Under the pieces are notes generated by a model that had not been told where the DNA came from, did no database searches, and saw nothing but the letters and a program-made list of their open reading frames with translations. DNA of 64,000 bases. Origin: Eledone cirrhosa. Lineage: Eukaryota. The position numbers and the translations under genes are program-made. Within the stretch, counting starts at the first letter, position 1; each line of letters begins with the position of its first letter. Of this stretch, positions 1-13,141 are shown one piece after another. The DNA lies in NCBI GenBank assembly GCA_964016885.1, contig OZ024752.1, positions 8,556,001 to 8,620,000 on the forward strand. Direction: 5' to 3'.

Positions 1-301
1 AACAATGAAATATGAAAACCATTCTATTCCCTAAGAAATTGCAAACAAAGGAAACGACAGTCATTACACTATGCCAAATGGCATTAATAGTAAAAACACA
101 AAAGAGACTGAGGTAAGTACATAGTATAAAATAGAATTGACCACTCGGCCTGTCTGGGAGGTCAATAGCCTCACTTCAATAGAATTGACCCCTCAGCCCG
201 TCTGGGCAGTCAATAGCCCCGTTTCAGTACTGACTTGGTCTATGTAGACCTGTCCAACCCTTGCTAGCAGGGAAAGCAGACATTAAATGATGATGACTTA
301 C

Positions 302-392
302 CTGTCGAATACTCATATAAGGACGAAGATTAAGTTTCTCTGGAAAGCTGATATGCCGGACAATTTTACCAAAGTACCGGTTATAATCAAAT
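302..392 (-). CDS. USP36: USP36/42-like coding exon 9 (gene continues beyond left edge; His box not in window)
   Basis: FDYNRYFGKIVRHISFPEKLNLRPYMSIRQ. CAG/GTAAGT boundaries. 91 nt. All nine exon phases join to 1116 nt without a stop. Confidence 0.92.
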
Positions 393-1001
393 CTGAAAAG
401 ATTAAATCAAATTAGTTGATTAAGAAGGAAAATATAATTCTTTCTAACATCGGCACAAGGCTGGCAATTTAGGAGGAGGAGAAAGTAAATAACCCAGTAC
501 TTAACTGTTACCTAGCGTGGAAGAATGGACGTTAAACAGTGATGATGATGAATAAATGAAAGTAAACAAAAGCGAATCCCAATCGAAAGAAAATCAGAAA
601 CTGTATGGTATTTAATCTAATGCAGTATTGAATGTACAGATTCTGTATTTAAAACATGTTTATTTTAAAACATTTTGAAGGCCTTTCACTATGAATTTAA
701 GGTAGTATATTATTAAATATACAATATGTACATTCATATATACACCGTTATTTCAGAGCACCAACAAAAATTTCTAATCTTTGCTGGGCTGGCAACCACT
801 CTGTATGTTAATGAGTTTAAACAGCTCATAAACATAATTGGTATTCTATAAGAATCCAGCTTGTACAGCTCACAGCAAAAACAGGCGATATATAACCTTG
901 ATAACCACTAAACAGTGAGAAACGCATTGGTTATTTCCCTCAAATTGCTCTGGTTATGATCAATAACAATTACAGTGTCAAGACAGATCAATAAGACAAA
1001 C

Positions 1002-1079
1002 CTTTTCAGTTGAATTGTTAAAACATTGGAAGGTTTGTGGATGGTAAACCGTTTTTCAGCTACTACTTTACGTTGACAT
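1002..1079 (-). CDS. USP36: USP36/42-like coding exon 8
   Basis: CQRKVVAEKRFTIHKPSNVLTIQLK. TAG/GTTTGT boundaries. 78 nt. Confidence 0.93.
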
Positions 1080-1376
1080 CTAAAAATAAAAAAAATAAAA
1101 GATTTATAATAAAAAAACATGTCATTGCAATTATAGGGAAATATTTTTTTTATAGAGAAGGGTGCATGGTGTCCATACATTTCCCAAAAGAGATTTTTTA
1201 TAAAATAAGGGGCCAAAACTACATCGCAAACTAGACAAATCACCCCCCAAAAAACTTATCACACTGCCACATACACCAAAAATCATTATTTTTTTACTTT
1301 CCAGAATAAGGTTCTTTATGCAGTGAAAGATATTCTAGGTAACTGAATGAAATCTAGAATATTTTAAGAACCTATA

Positions 1377-1603
1377 TGTCAAGAGTCTGGTGTGATGCAA
1401 TACAGAGCTTTCTCCAACTGCAGTTGAGCTCACAAATGTGAAACAAGAACGTATATATCAAGAGTCTGGTGTGATGCAATACAGAGCTTTCTCCAACTGC
1501 AATTGAGCTCACAAATGTGAAACAAGAACGTATATATCAAGAGTCTGGTGTGATGCAATACAGAGCTTTCTCCAACTGCAGTTGAGCTCACAAATGTGAA
1601 ACA
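1377..1603. repeat. ~78-bp tandem triplication
   Basis: tcaagagtctggtgtgatgcaatacagagctttctccaactgca...aaatgtgaaacaa occurs three times. Confidence 0.9.
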
Positions 1604-1698
1604 ACAAAGTAGAAGGAATTTCTCCTGTCACATCAACTGCTTCAGTATAATGGTTTATTATGTTTCAGTGTATCTCAAGAAACATATTTGTATGTAAA

Positions 1699-2035
1699 TT
1701 GGGTTAATAGGTTGTGTAGTTTTATTTGTAGTGTGTGCAGTTCAGGGCAAGGTAAGAAGAGTAAGCTCAGTTCCCTATAGCCCCTCTTCTTACCTTGCCC
1801 TAAACCACATATAATGGGTTAATGGGGTCTTGTTGTGTTTTATTTGTAGTATGTGCAGTTCAGGGCATGGTAACACGTGTGAGCTGAGCTCCCTATAGCT
1901 CCCTCTTCTTTATCTTGCTCTGAACCACATATAATGGGTTGTGTAGTTTTATTTGTAGTGTGTGCAGTCCAGGGCAAGGTAAGAGTAAGCTCAGCTCCCT
2001 ATAGCACCCCCTTCTTACATTGGACTGAGCCACAT
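1699..2035. repeat. ~120-bp triplicated unit with internal hairpin
   Basis: Three diverged copies. Copy 1 has a perfect 18-bp stem (1744-1761 / 1784-1801). Confidence 0.8.
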
Positions 2036-2228
2036 GCACCACAAAACAAAACACCCAGCCCACTATACAATGGTACATATACATCAACCTCTATGATGAC
2101 GATGATGAACATCATCATCTATTGTTGTCATGGACACAACGACTGTTGAGTTATTGTATACAAGGTGTCAGATTTATAACGAAATAATTATATAAATACC
2201 AAAAATGTGTAAAGTAAATTTTACTGAC

Positions 2229-2311
2229 CTTGTACACATGTAGGAATTGTCGTGATCTAATACTTCAGCTGTTACATACTTCTCAAATGCTCGCTCTAAA
2301 GATGGTACATT
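2229..2311 (-). CDS. USP36: USP36/42-like coding exon 7
   Basis: NVPSLERAFEKYVTAEVLDHDNSYMCT. CAG/GTCAGT boundaries. 83 nt. Confidence 0.93.
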
Positions 2312-2511
2312 CTGGGAAAATACAGAAACATTATTGAAGAAGGCATTGCTTGAGGGTGAGGGGGGATAAAGAAAGAATATAAAATGAAGGGGAGTTGAGA
2401 AGGGGAGAGAGAGGAGAGAATATGACCAGGTAAGAGTGTTAGTGAAAAGTTAAAGTCTGACTGAAGCTTTGGAGGCTCACAAGACCAGTGCAAGCATGGA
2501 AAATGGAGACA

Positions 2512-2724
2512 TTAACCCTTTAGCATTTAAACCAGACATATCCAGCCAGAATTCTCTCACCTCTTTCTGTTTAAACTGGCTGTAACTGGCCACTCATATT
2601 GATGTTAAGGTATTGTTCTCAAAATAAATATCAAAATCTCATAGATTCAATATTGTGTGAGATAAAGCTTTTACTGTGAAAATACAACAGTATATATAGA
2701 GTAATGTAAATGGTAAAGGGTTAA
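2512..2724. mobile_element. piggyBac-like MITE (family A)
   Basis: TTAA-CCCTTTAGCATTTA...TAAATGGTAAAGGG-TTAA. Related copies at 9135-9375, 10028-10240, 12724-12904, 19580-19796, 20243-20432, 30779-31010, 38753-38953, 54478-54667 and 56320-56512. Confidence 0.8.
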
Positions 2725-2876
2725 ACGATGGTGGTGGTGGTGATGTTGATGATGATGAACACTCTAAAACGGCCAGTTTTATGTTGAGCAACAGGAGTGG
2801 TTTCAGGTAGGTTGGTATTAAAAGGGTTGAAATGACAGATCATAGGGAAAGAGAGACATGTACACAAACCACTTAC

Positions 2877-2947
2877 CTTTATATCTAAGCTAATATCCAG
2901 ATAGGGATCGTAGGTGTTTGATTTCTCTTTACAAAGCATACATTGAA
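2877..2947 (-). CDS. USP36: USP36/42-like coding exon 6
   Basis: QCMLCKEKSNTYDPYLDISLDIK, including a CxxC Zn-ribbon half. TAG/GTAAGT boundaries. 71 nt. Confidence 0.95.
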
Positions 2948-3296
2948 CTAAAAACAAGATAAATACAATAAATCAGGGTTGTATGACAGAAATATTTAAG
3001 TTACCATTCAAAGGGAGGAGGGGGGGGGGGAATGGAGAGAAATATGATTTGACAATAATATATGTAGACAGGATCAGACCTCTGGCATTATGAAGTAATA
3101 CAGAAGACCCACCTTCCCATATGCACATTGAAACATACATCCAGTATGTACCATTTACCTTCCCCACCCATGGCCTAACACCCTACTCTTCATCTGATAA
3201 GTCACCCCATCCCAATGCACCTTCCCCAACCCAGCCCCCAGTCCACACTGAATAGTGGTTCTTTGGTGCCATGACAAAAGACATCAAATCACGACT

Positions 3297-4420
3297 AAAA
3301 GCACCCAGTCCACACTGTAAAGTGGTCATGTAGGTGTCACGACAAAAGACACCCAGTCCACACTGTAAAGTGGTCATGTAGGTGTCACGACAAAAGACAC
3401 CCAGTCCACACTGTAAAGTGGTCATGTAGGTGTCACGACAAAAGACACCCAGTCCACACTGTAAAGTGGTCATGTAGGTGTCACGACAAAAGACACCCAG
3501 TCCACACTGTAAAGTGGTCATGTAGGTGTCACGACAAAAGACACCCAGTCCACACTGTAAAGTGGTCATGTAGGTGTCACGACAAAAGACACCCAGTCCA
3601 CACTGTAAAGTGGTCATGTAGGTGTCACGACAAAAGACACCCAGTCCACACTGTAAAGTGGTCATGTAGGTGTCACGACAAAAGACACCCAGTCCACACT
3701 GTAAAGTGGTCATGTAGGTGTCACGACAAAAGACACCCAGTCCACACTGTAAAGTGGTCATGTAGGTGTCACGACAAAAGACACCCAGTCCACACTGTAA
3801 AGTGGTCATGTAGGTGTCACGACAAAAGACACCCAGTCCACACTGTAAAGTGGTCATGTAGGTGTCACGACAAAAGACACCCAGTCCACACTGTAAAGTG
3901 GTCATGTAGGTGTCACGACAAAAGACACCCAGTCCACACTGTAAAGTGGTCATGTAGGTGTCACGACAAAAGACACCCAGTCCACACTGTAAAGTGGTCA
4001 TGTAGGTGTCACGACAAAAGACACCCAGTCCACACTGTAAAGTGGTCATGTAGGTGTCACGACAAAAGACACCCAGTCCACACTGTAAAGTGGTCATGTA
4101 GGTGTCACGACAAAAGACACCCAGTCCACACTGTAAAGTGGTCATGTAGGTGTCACGACAAAAGACACCCAGTCCACACTGTAAAGTGGTCATGTAGGTG
4201 TCACGACAAAAGACACCCAGTCCACACTGTAAAGTGGTCATGTAGGTGTCACGACAAAAGACACCCAGTCCACACTGTAAAGTGGTCATGTAGGTGTCAC
4301 GACAAAAGACACCCAGTCCACACTGTAAAGTGGTCATGTAGGTGTCACGACAAAAGACACCCAGTCCACACTGTAAAGTGATCATGTAGGTGTCACGACA
4401 AAAAGCATCCAGTACTCACC
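3297..4420 (+). repeat. 48-bp minisatellite, ~23 near-identical copies, in USP36 intron
   Basis: Unit aaaagacacccagtccacactgtaaagtggtcatgtaggtgtcacgac. Runs into a SINE body at its right end. Confidence 0.97.
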
Positions 4421-4580
4421 GTAAATGTGGTTGGTGTTAGGAAGGACATCCAGCCATAGAAACCAAGCCAAAATCAGTTCTGTATGAGCAAGTCATGGTC
4501 ATCTGATCTGGCTTGTCTCACAGTGGGACAACCTGTCTAACCCATGCTACCATAGTAAAATGGATGTTAAATGGTGATGT
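4420..4580 (+). mobile_element. SINE 3' body ending in an RTE-type (atg)n-like tail
   Basis: gtggttggtgttaggaaggacatccagccatagaaacc...aacccatgcta...ggatgttaaatggtgat. Homologues at 25230-25390, 55590-55775, 6585-6720(-), 10460-10760(-) and 40245-40395(-). Confidence 0.7.
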
Positions 4581-4830
4581 AGTATATACTGTAACATTCA
4601 TCAGCCAGTCCCTGAGTACCTTTAGCAGTTAACTCAAGCTTTAGACCAGGCCTCACTAGTTTCACAATAATGAAATATTCCAAAAGAATCAACAGTAATT
4701 ATCTAACCACCAGGCTACACACCCTTACTATAACACGTGTAAATATAAAACAAAATTGACAGTAATTCTTTAACCACCAAGTCATATAACAGCAGGTGAA
4801 AATATAAAATAAAATAGCTGCTCTACTTAC

Positions 4831-4898
4831 CTTGACTGCGTAGAAAGCCTCCAAATATCTGATTGATGACTGTAGTTTCTCTACTATACTTGTCTAAC
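4831..4898 (-). CDS. USP36: USP36/42-like coding exon 5
   Basis: LDKYSRETTVINQIFGGFLRSQ. TAG/GTAAGT boundaries. 68 nt. Confidence 0.95.
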
Positions 4899-5315
4899 CT
4901 ACAATGGAGAATGATCACAAATAATTAATAGTTTCCCATTGTACGATATATGTACGTACGATCCCGTAACTCTTGATAGAGTCATAGGAGCAGCATACTG
5001 ACATACAGCATTTCTCGAGCATTTTAAACCTGGCAGAGCCCAACATTCTAACGCCCCTGCCAATTCATCACCTATTCTACAACATATACCCACAACATAT
5101 ATTGAGAGCAAAAACATTTTCTACACAAATTTTCAGTGAATAGAGAAAGTTTATTAATATACCTATGACACTTATTAGAAAACCAAACTTGTCTAGAGAC
5201 AAAACAACAGAGACATACATTCTATAAAGAACAGAAATAAAAACCAGGTTAACTAAGCTGAAAAATAGTAAAAAGTAAAGGTATTTAATAGAAAGAATAA
5301 AAAGGGTGAAATTAC

Positions 5316-5418
5316 TTTAAATAACCATTGAGGCAGGACTTTTGCAAAGCATCAACCAGGTAACGAAGGAACTCATGGGCATCTTCTTGTCGACCAAAGT
5401 GCATGTGTTTTGCAATTA
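5316..5418 (-). CDS. USP36: USP36/42-like coding exon 4 (QEDAHEF motif)
   Basis: [33 protein letters not shown], translated by hand (not in ORF track). CAG/GTAATT boundaries. 103 nt. Confidence 0.95.
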
Positions 5419-5494
5419 CTGTAAAGAAGACAACAGGTTATTTAATAAAATTGTAATATAAGAGAATATGAAACAATTTCAAATATGGATGATT

Positions 5495-5833
5495 AATGCT
5501 TTCATGACTGCATTTCTAATGAAAGACATGCTATTTTAATTAATGAAGAATTTCAAGGGATTTACTAAAAATTATTTCATTATTAACTTTGATAGGTTTC
5601 GGCCAGTATTGGTCCAAGACATGTCTAACTTAATAGCACCATGTAAGGTTCTTATATAAAATTATGTTGAAAGATTTAAATTTAAATTCGAAACTTTTAA
5701 AATAGGTGGTTTTATTTCATAGAGCCACAGCTGGTTTTGGCTGGGTTGATAACTAAAGGGTTAAATTGGAAACCTTTAAAATGGGTGGTTTTATTTCATA
5801 GAGCCAGAGCTGGTTTTGTAACTAAAGGGTTAA
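5495..5833. mobile_element. piggyBac-like MITE (family B) with duplicated right end
   Basis: Ends in ctaaagggTTAA twice (5764 and 5833). Homologous to 11265-11500, 12492-12720 and ~19890-20120. Confidence 0.55.
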
Positions 5834-6446
5834 CAGAATTAGAGTGCCATATAGTTATGTTCCTTTAGCCTACACTTTGGAAATTATTTTCAGTAGAAAA
5901 AGAAATAGTCATATGTAAATACATTAACTCGACAAACACCCAAATTATTGAAAGAATGGAAATAAACCATTTTGAAAATATAGTATAATAGAACAAAGTG
6001 TTAGGATATATTTTACTGGTCAATGGCCCTTGGGTGAAGAAATGCCAGGAAATCCCAGTGGAAGGAAACTGCAGTAGAGGTAGAGTAAAAAAGAGCTGGG
6101 CAGAGGTGGTGAGTGCTGACCTCAAGTCGCTGAGACGATGAAGAAGGAACACAAGTACAGAGATGCTGTATTGAGAAGGACCCATCCAACCCATGCAAGT
6201 GTTGAAAAAAGGGATGTAAAATAATGATGATGATGGTGATGATGTGTGATGTACATTAAGCTAGGATTTTGAAACAGTAAATAATAGAAAATATAAAAAA
6301 AGTCAAGAAACATCATGTGGACTTTTACGAAGCAACAAGGCGATAAAGTTAATTAAAAGAATAGTGGGCTCATGTGTAAAGATGCTATAAAAATACCTTA
6401 TAAAATAGGGTGTAGACCCTAAAAGAAAGGGTTTCACAGAATTTAC

Positions 6447-6557
6447 CTTTTAACTTTTGCAAAATGGACTGAGGTTTTATTGCATGCCCTGAATTTTCGT
6501 AGCTGCGTCGTATATGTGTCTGGAGCTCACACATCATACAGAAACCAACTTGTTTGC
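6447..6557 (-). CDS. USP36: USP36/42-like coding exon 3
   Basis: KQVGFCMMCELQTHIRRSYENSGHAIKPQSILQKLK. CAG/GTAAAT boundaries. 111 nt. Confidence 0.93.
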
Positions 6558-6766
6558 CTGCAAAAATATGAAGAAAGGTTTCAGAGATCATCATCTTCGT
6601 TTAACGTCCATTTTCCATGCTAGCATGGGTTAGACGGGAGTTGTCCCACTTGAGGCAAGGGTGGTCGGGTGACCGTGTCTCGCTCATATAGGACTATCTG
6701 GCAGGTTTTCTACGGCTGATTTATAAATACTGTTTTCATTTGTGTTGGCAGAATCTGATATTTCAG

Positions 6767-6906
6767 CAATACATCTTAGCAATACATGTTAGTAATACAT
6801 GTTAGCAATACATGTTAGCAATACATGTTAGTAATACATGTTAGTAATACATGTTAGTAATACATGTTAGTAATACATGTTAGTAATACATCTTAGCAAT
6901 ACATGT
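6767..6906. repeat. 13-bp tandem repeat, ~10 copies
   Basis: (aatacatgttagy)n. Confidence 0.9.
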
Positions 6907-7232
6907 CATCTCAGTAATGCCTTTGATACAGAGACAATGAACGTATTGTTTAACGAAAATAATAAAGAGTAGATGATAGAATAGATATCGAGAGAAAGAG
7001 AGAAGAATATAAGGAATAAAAGACAGCAAGATAAAAGGGTGAGAGGATGAAATGTGTGGAAAAGAAAAGAGATGAGAGAGGATGAAAATAGTTGGCATGG
7101 TAGAGGATAGGGGGAATTTAAAAAATGACAAAAATTACAAATGGAAACAGACTAAAGAAAAAATTGATTAAAAAAAGGGGGAAAAAAATGGAAATTTATG
7201 GAAATAAATGAATTAAAAAACTGTTTACTTAC

Positions 7233-7463
7233 AGCTGTTTGTGTGTTCATCACCTAGCAAATGGTTGACCAAAGGTGGTGTGTATGACAGGCATTGCAGT
7301 GTTGCATTGAGGAAACATGTATTGCCCAGGTTGTGCAGGCCAGCACCAACCTTTTGGACTTTACGAGGCCACCAGTCAAGGCAAAGTTTGTCTGCAGGGT
7401 AGATAACATACCTGGGAGTTGGCAGACCGTCACCATCCCGTTGACCACTCATCGTTGATGTAT
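7233..7463 (-). CDS. USP36: USP36/42-like coding exon 2, catalytic Cys box
   Basis: [34 protein letters not shown] acceptor at 7466-7464 and GTAAGT donor. 231 nt. Confidence 0.95.
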
Positions 7464-7599
7464 CTGCAGACAAAAAGAAAACAAAAATGTATCCTGCTTT
7501 ATATTTTAAAATAACAATAATAATTTCTTTGACTAAAATACAAAATACTTATTTAAAATATTAAAGTTAACCAAGAGATAGAACCAGAAAGTTGAAATA

Positions 7600-7845
7600 A
7601 TGCAAGTGGCTGAGCATTCTTCAAACGCGCGTACCCGTAACGTAGTTCTCAGGGAGATTCGGCATGACAGTATATTACAAGGCTGGCCCTTCAAATTACA
7701 GGTTACAACTCATTTTTGCCAGCTGAGTGAACTACAACAACGTGAAATAAAGTGTCTTGCTCAAGGACACAATGCGCTGCCGGGAATTGAACTCACAACA
7801 TTACAATTGTGAGCTGAATTCCCTAACCACAAAGCCATGTACTTT
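7600..7845 (-). mobile_element. tRNA-derived SINE
   Basis: Reverse complement gives atggctttgtggttaggg (A box), gagttcaattccc (B box) and ttgagcaagacactttatttcac body. Confidence 0.7.
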
Positions 7846-7937
7846 CATAATTACAGTGTCTAAAATAATTGACAGAAATCATCAATCATTAATTTCCCAT
7901 ACAATTGTTAATTTACTAATGTATGAATGAACATGTA

Positions 7938-8449
7938 GTGTCACAATGAAAAGCGCCCAGTCTACTCTGTAAAGTGGTTGTGTGGGTAACATGACAAAAA
8001 GCACCAAGCCCACTCTGTAAAGTGGTCATGTAGGTGTCATGACAAAAAGGACCCAGTCCACACTGTAAAGTGGTCATGTAAGTATCATGACAAAAAGCAC
8101 CCAGTCCTCACTGTAAAGTGGTCATGTAGGTGTCATGACAAAAAGGACCCAGTCCACTCTGTAAAGTGGTCATGTAGGTGTCATGACAAAAAGGACCCAG
8201 TCCACACTGTAAAGTGGTCATGTAGGTATCATGACAAAAAGCACCCAGTCCTCACTGTAAAGTGGTCATGTAGGTATCATGACAAAAAGTGCTCAGTCCT
8301 CACTGTAAAGTGGTCATGTAGGTGTCATGACAAAAAGCACCCAGTCCACACTGTAAAGTGGTCATGTAGGTGTCATGACAAAAAGCACCCAGTCCACACT
8401 GTAAAGTGGTCATGTTGGTGTCATGACAAAAAGTGTTCAGTCCACACTG
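7938..8449 (+). repeat. 48-bp minisatellite, ~10 diverged copies, in USP36 intron
   Basis: Unit aaaaagcacccagtccacactgtaaagtggtcatgtaggtgtcatgac. Confidence 0.95.
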
Positions 8450-8648
8450 AATATTTGTGAAAGAATCCTCCCTGATATAGGATTATTCATATAATGTTAC
8501 AGTTCAATGATTAATTCCTGACATATATCAGTCTGCAATATTCTATAGAAACATTATTCAATAATTTACATGAAAACAATTTATAAAAAGAAATCAGACA
8601 AAAACACAAAAAATATCAAAAAGAAAAAAAAATACCACCAAAACTTAC

Positions 8649-8928
8649 GATTTTCTTCATTCTCTGTTTGTGAATTTTTGTTAGAAGATGCAGAAGCTGA
8701 AATAGCCAGGATTTTATCGGGTCTAGTGGTATTCAAGACTATATATTTGGACTTGAGGGTATCTTGTTGAAGATTGATTGCCTTTCGAGCAGGCTGGAAT
8801 TCAATACTACTATAGAGAACCTTTTGGGAGAGCGATGCCAACTTGTGGTGGAGTTTGTCTGTGCCGGCCACAGAAGAAAACACTGCCTCTTCAACTGCAG
8901 TTATATTCTCAGAGGACTGGGCAGGCAT
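8649..8928 (-). CDS. USP36: USP36/USP42-like deubiquitinase, first coding exon (ATG at 8928; exon starts 8940 after acceptor CAG)
   Basis: MPAQSS...KLASLSQKVLYSSIEFQPA...QDTLKSKYIVLN resembles the conserved USP36 N-terminus (KVLxxxIEFxPA...LKSKYVxLN). Donor GTAAGT at 8648-8643. 280 nt, phase 1. Confidence 0.85.
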
Positions 8929-11900
8929 AGCACTGGCGTCCTGCAAAGAAAGGAATATTGGTCAAATCAAGTTGGCTTAAAAATAAAGTAACACAGAATT
9001 AGTAACAGCTCTTGTATTAATACAGTTCCATTTACTACTCAACTCATTTTACATATATTTTCAAACATGTCCAGTCTTTTGAGCAAAATCATTTTGAGCC
9101 AAGTTAAAATTAAGTGCATTTTGAGCCATGCCTATTAACCCTTTAGCATTTACATTACTCTATATATACTATTGTATTTTCATAGTAAAGGTTTTACCAC
9201 ACAACATTTACATTACTCTATATATATACTATTGTATTTTCATGGTAAAGGTTTTACCTCATAACATTTACATTACTCTATATATACTATTGTATTTTCA
9301 TGGTAAAGGTTTTATCTTACACAATATCAAATCTACGAGATCTTGACATTTGTTTCAAGAACAATACCTTAACTTCAGTATTGTCACCACCCCTGTTGTG
9401 TCTTCTAGCAAAGGGTTTGACCACATAGGTGATGTTTCACCTTATTTTACAAGTTCTTCCCTCAGTTGATGGCTAGGGCACTAACATGTTTACCACCTCT
9501 GGGAGAGGGGGGGTCTTAACATGACGTATGACACAAAATGTAACACCCTCTCAGCGATACACCAGTGTTTTCAGCCTCTCTATACTAGCAAACTTGCAAC
9601 TATTATCCTTGGATTTTGTTTATCTTTTACTGCTTCTATAACCCAAAATTACACAACAATTACTTTGGTTTGTAGCCACAAGTTTCAGGTGAAAAAAAAG
9701 TAAATATAATAAATAAAAATTGAAATAATTACATAATTTAACTCAGTACTGCAAGTCAAGAAAACATTTGTCAAACAGGGTGTCCTCTAATATGTATACA
9801 CAGCTTGAATGATAAAACATTTGTCAAAAAGGGTGTCCTTTAATATGTATACAGTTTGAATGATAAAACATTTGTCAAACAGAGTGTCCTCTAATATGTA
9901 TACAGTTTGAATCAAACAGGGTGTCCTCTAATATGTATATAGTTTCAATCAAACAGGGTGTCCTCTAATATGTATACAGTTTGAACGATAAAAACTGTTT
10001 ATATACATTGCAACACTAGCCCTTCCCTTAACCCTTTAGCATTTAAACGAGCCATGTCTGGCCAGAATTCTCTCACTTCTTTCTGTTCAAACCAGCTATA
10101 ACTGGCTGCTCATACTGATGTTAAAGTATTGTTAAAATAAATAACATCAAAATCTAATAGATTCAATATTATGTGAGATCAAGACTTTACCATGAAAATA
10201 CAATAGTAAATATAGAGTATTGTAAATGCTAATGGATTAAATGAAGAAGGTATTGGCAGAAGAGTTGAATATTCTGAGTGGTACCTGGTGAAATGTGATT
10301 GAAAGGGATGGCACCCAAATATCAAATGAAATGATTTGTGAAGTCATCAGTTCAATCTATCTTTTATCAGCAGTACCTGGAGCAGAATTGTTATTATGTT
10401 TAACACCTGCCATAACTCAAAAAATTCTAAGCCTGTCTACTTTGTCTTGAATAATAATCATCATCATCATCGTCCTTTTAATGTCCACTTTCCTACTAGT
10501 AAAGGTTGGACAAGTCTATATAGACCAAGTCCATACTGGAGCAGAGCCACTGATATCCCAGGCAAGCTAGGATCTGTTTCTCACTTATGTATGGTCTCAT
10601 GTTCCATCAAGTGCTCAGGAGAGGTTGTCATGGCTTTGACACAACTGAGGCTCCTCCCAACCCTTTGTTTGGCAAGATTTCTACAGCTGGATGGCCTTCC
10701 TATCACCAACCACTTTACAGTGTATACTGGGTGTGTTTATTGTGTAGATCCAGCATGTCACACGGCCACATATGTGTTATTTGTGTTATTTGTGTGCTCA
10801 TTACAACTAATTTTTTTAATTTTATATTACAAAGATAAAACATGTTTGCGTTGTAAAAACCTTTGTGCAGGCCGCATGTGTGATATGCCTGGTGCAGATC
10901 ACCAACACTAGGGAGGTTGTCATGCCCTTGATAATAAAAACTTCAATATCCTTCATAAGCATTGTTTTTATCACCATTGAAAGTGTGTATACATATTTGG
11001 GGGACACTCTGTATAGTACTTCTACAGCTCATTTTGAAGTACATGCTCAAAGTTAGGTTGAGTGTACAATTGAGAGTTAAATGTTTTGATAGAGTTAATG
11101 AGACAATCTAACGTTCAGTAAAGTATTGAAGAACAAGTTACAGAAATGGCATATGATGTAATGGGGTAAATCTCTCAACTCTAAAAAATAAGATACTTTT
11201 TAAATAGTTGAAACAATTTGTCTCAAAGTAATTAAGTAAGAGAAATACTGAAAGCAGAATATCATAAACCCTTTCAATACCATATTTCTAATGAAAGACA
11301 CTGCTTAAATGTTCAAATAATCAAGAATTTGGAGAGATATAGTAATATAACTAACTTTCTCATTATTTATCTGGTGTTTGGAACATAAAGATCCTTACAT
11401 AATATTATGATGGAAGGATTTTAGCTAAATATAAACCCGTTAAAATAAACATTTCTGTAGCATAAAACCATGGGTGCATTTAGGTGGTTTGGTAGGAAAA
11501 GTGCTGAAGTTGTTATCAACAGTATATTACATATTTCCCAAAATCTATAAAAACCAACACATCATTAGAGGAGCCAGTCTTACTAGGGAACACTAATATA
11601 TCCAGCAGATCAAGTATCCAGAAGGAAAAGAGAAATGGTGAAAAGATAAGGAATTTTCAAAGACAAATAAAGAAACATTTACCTTGGCCACAAGATTTAA
11701 AGCAGATTCAAACACTTCAACAATATTACCGACCTCCCTGTTTTAAAACAATAAAAGAAAGTTAGACAACTTCATTGCTACATGAAAATCAAAGAAACTA
11801 TATATTAGATTTAGATTTGTAACTAGAGAGAGTATCACATGTAACAGCAGAGGTGTGACATCTGGTAGCAGAGGTGTGACATCTGGTACCAGAGTACCAT

Positions 11901-11999
11901 ATGTGACAGCAGGGGTGTGACATATGGTACCAGAGAGATTATCACATGTGGCATCACAAATTAATGACTTACGCCACACAAACAGTTATCCCTTCTGAG

Positions 12000-12260
12000 T
12001 ACCCGCTGTTCAGTTGAGGCCGAAGTACACCAACGGAAGAGTTTAAGGCTGGCACTCCATGAGAACTCCTGTGTGATGATTTAGACCTTATAACTGAATC
12101 TGTGGGAGAGCTAGAGATGAAATTCCAGACATGGAGGAAGTACCTGGAATTGAAAGGCCTTAGAGTAAACCTAGCAGACTAAATACTTAAGTAGGAAAGA
12201 GAGGGAGCTGATATTGTCAGGGAAATGGTCCCTTGTTCAACATGTCAGAAAGGGTTTCAA
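12000..12260 (+). mobile_element. RTE-clade LINE fragment
   Basis: Decayed ELL.ADDL...ELEMKFQTWRKYLE.KGLRVNL, also seen at 32113-32346 and 36950-37020 on the minus strand. Confidence 0.65.
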
Positions 12261-12964
12261 CTCATATCATTTGTGTATGGAGGAGTAGAAAATAAGATTT
12301 TATGACATCCCTGCCTCTCTCTGAAGGACATTACAGATATAACAACAACAAATTAAAGCAATGAGACAGGACTGAACCTAGAGGACTTTTTCTTTCTCCC
12401 ACATGGTCAGCAAAAAAAGAAGCAAAAGTAACCCCGTCTCCCCCATGGAATGGAAAGAACAGTTGACAGCAGAAACATGTAGAGGCATAACTTTAACCCT
12501 TTTCATACCAAACCACCAGAGAGCACCATTGGTTCTATGATAAAAACAACTGTTTGTTTTAAAGTGTTTATATTTATCTATAAACCTTCCATCATAATAT
12601 TACACCTTTTGTTACATTCCAAAACCAACTTAATAATAATAAAGTTATTTTACAAAATCTATTCAAATTATTTTAGAACCACAAGCTGTGTATTTCATTA
12701 GAAATATGGTAATGGAAGGGGTGACCCTTTAACATTTACAGTACGTTATATTTACAATTGTATTTTCGCAGTAAAGGTTTTATCTCACATAATATTGAAT
12801 ATGAGATGATATTTATTTTGAGAACAATACCTTAATGCCGATTACAGCCGGAGAGGTGAGAGGATTCTGGCGGGATATGGCCAGTTGAAATGCTAAAGGG
12901 CTAAGGTAGTTAGTCAATTCACTGAATAGATTATAATGGTTGACTAACATTAAAAATATCTAAA

Positions 12965-13141
12965 CCAATGTGTGCCCTCCCCCTACTTTTAAGCATAATA
13001 ATATAATATATACTATGTATAAATATTATATATTTTTTATCTTACTATATATGTATCATTTGATATTTAATATATTATATCATCTCTACCGCTCCTCTGG
13101 CGCCCCCTGGACCTCCCTAACGTCAACTTTGAGAACCTCTG
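12965..13141 (-). mobile_element. hAT/Charlie-like MITE fragment
   Basis: Terminus CAGAGGTTCTCAAAGTTGACG. Homologous copy at 57292-57600(+) shares an internal aatatcaaatgatacatat segment. Confidence 0.55.

Noticed and set aside
3183-4385. 400-aa ORF of MTTLQCGLGVFCRDTY repeats
   Set aside because: It is the translation of a 48-bp SINE-derived array inside an intron. The flanking USP36 exons join in phase without it.
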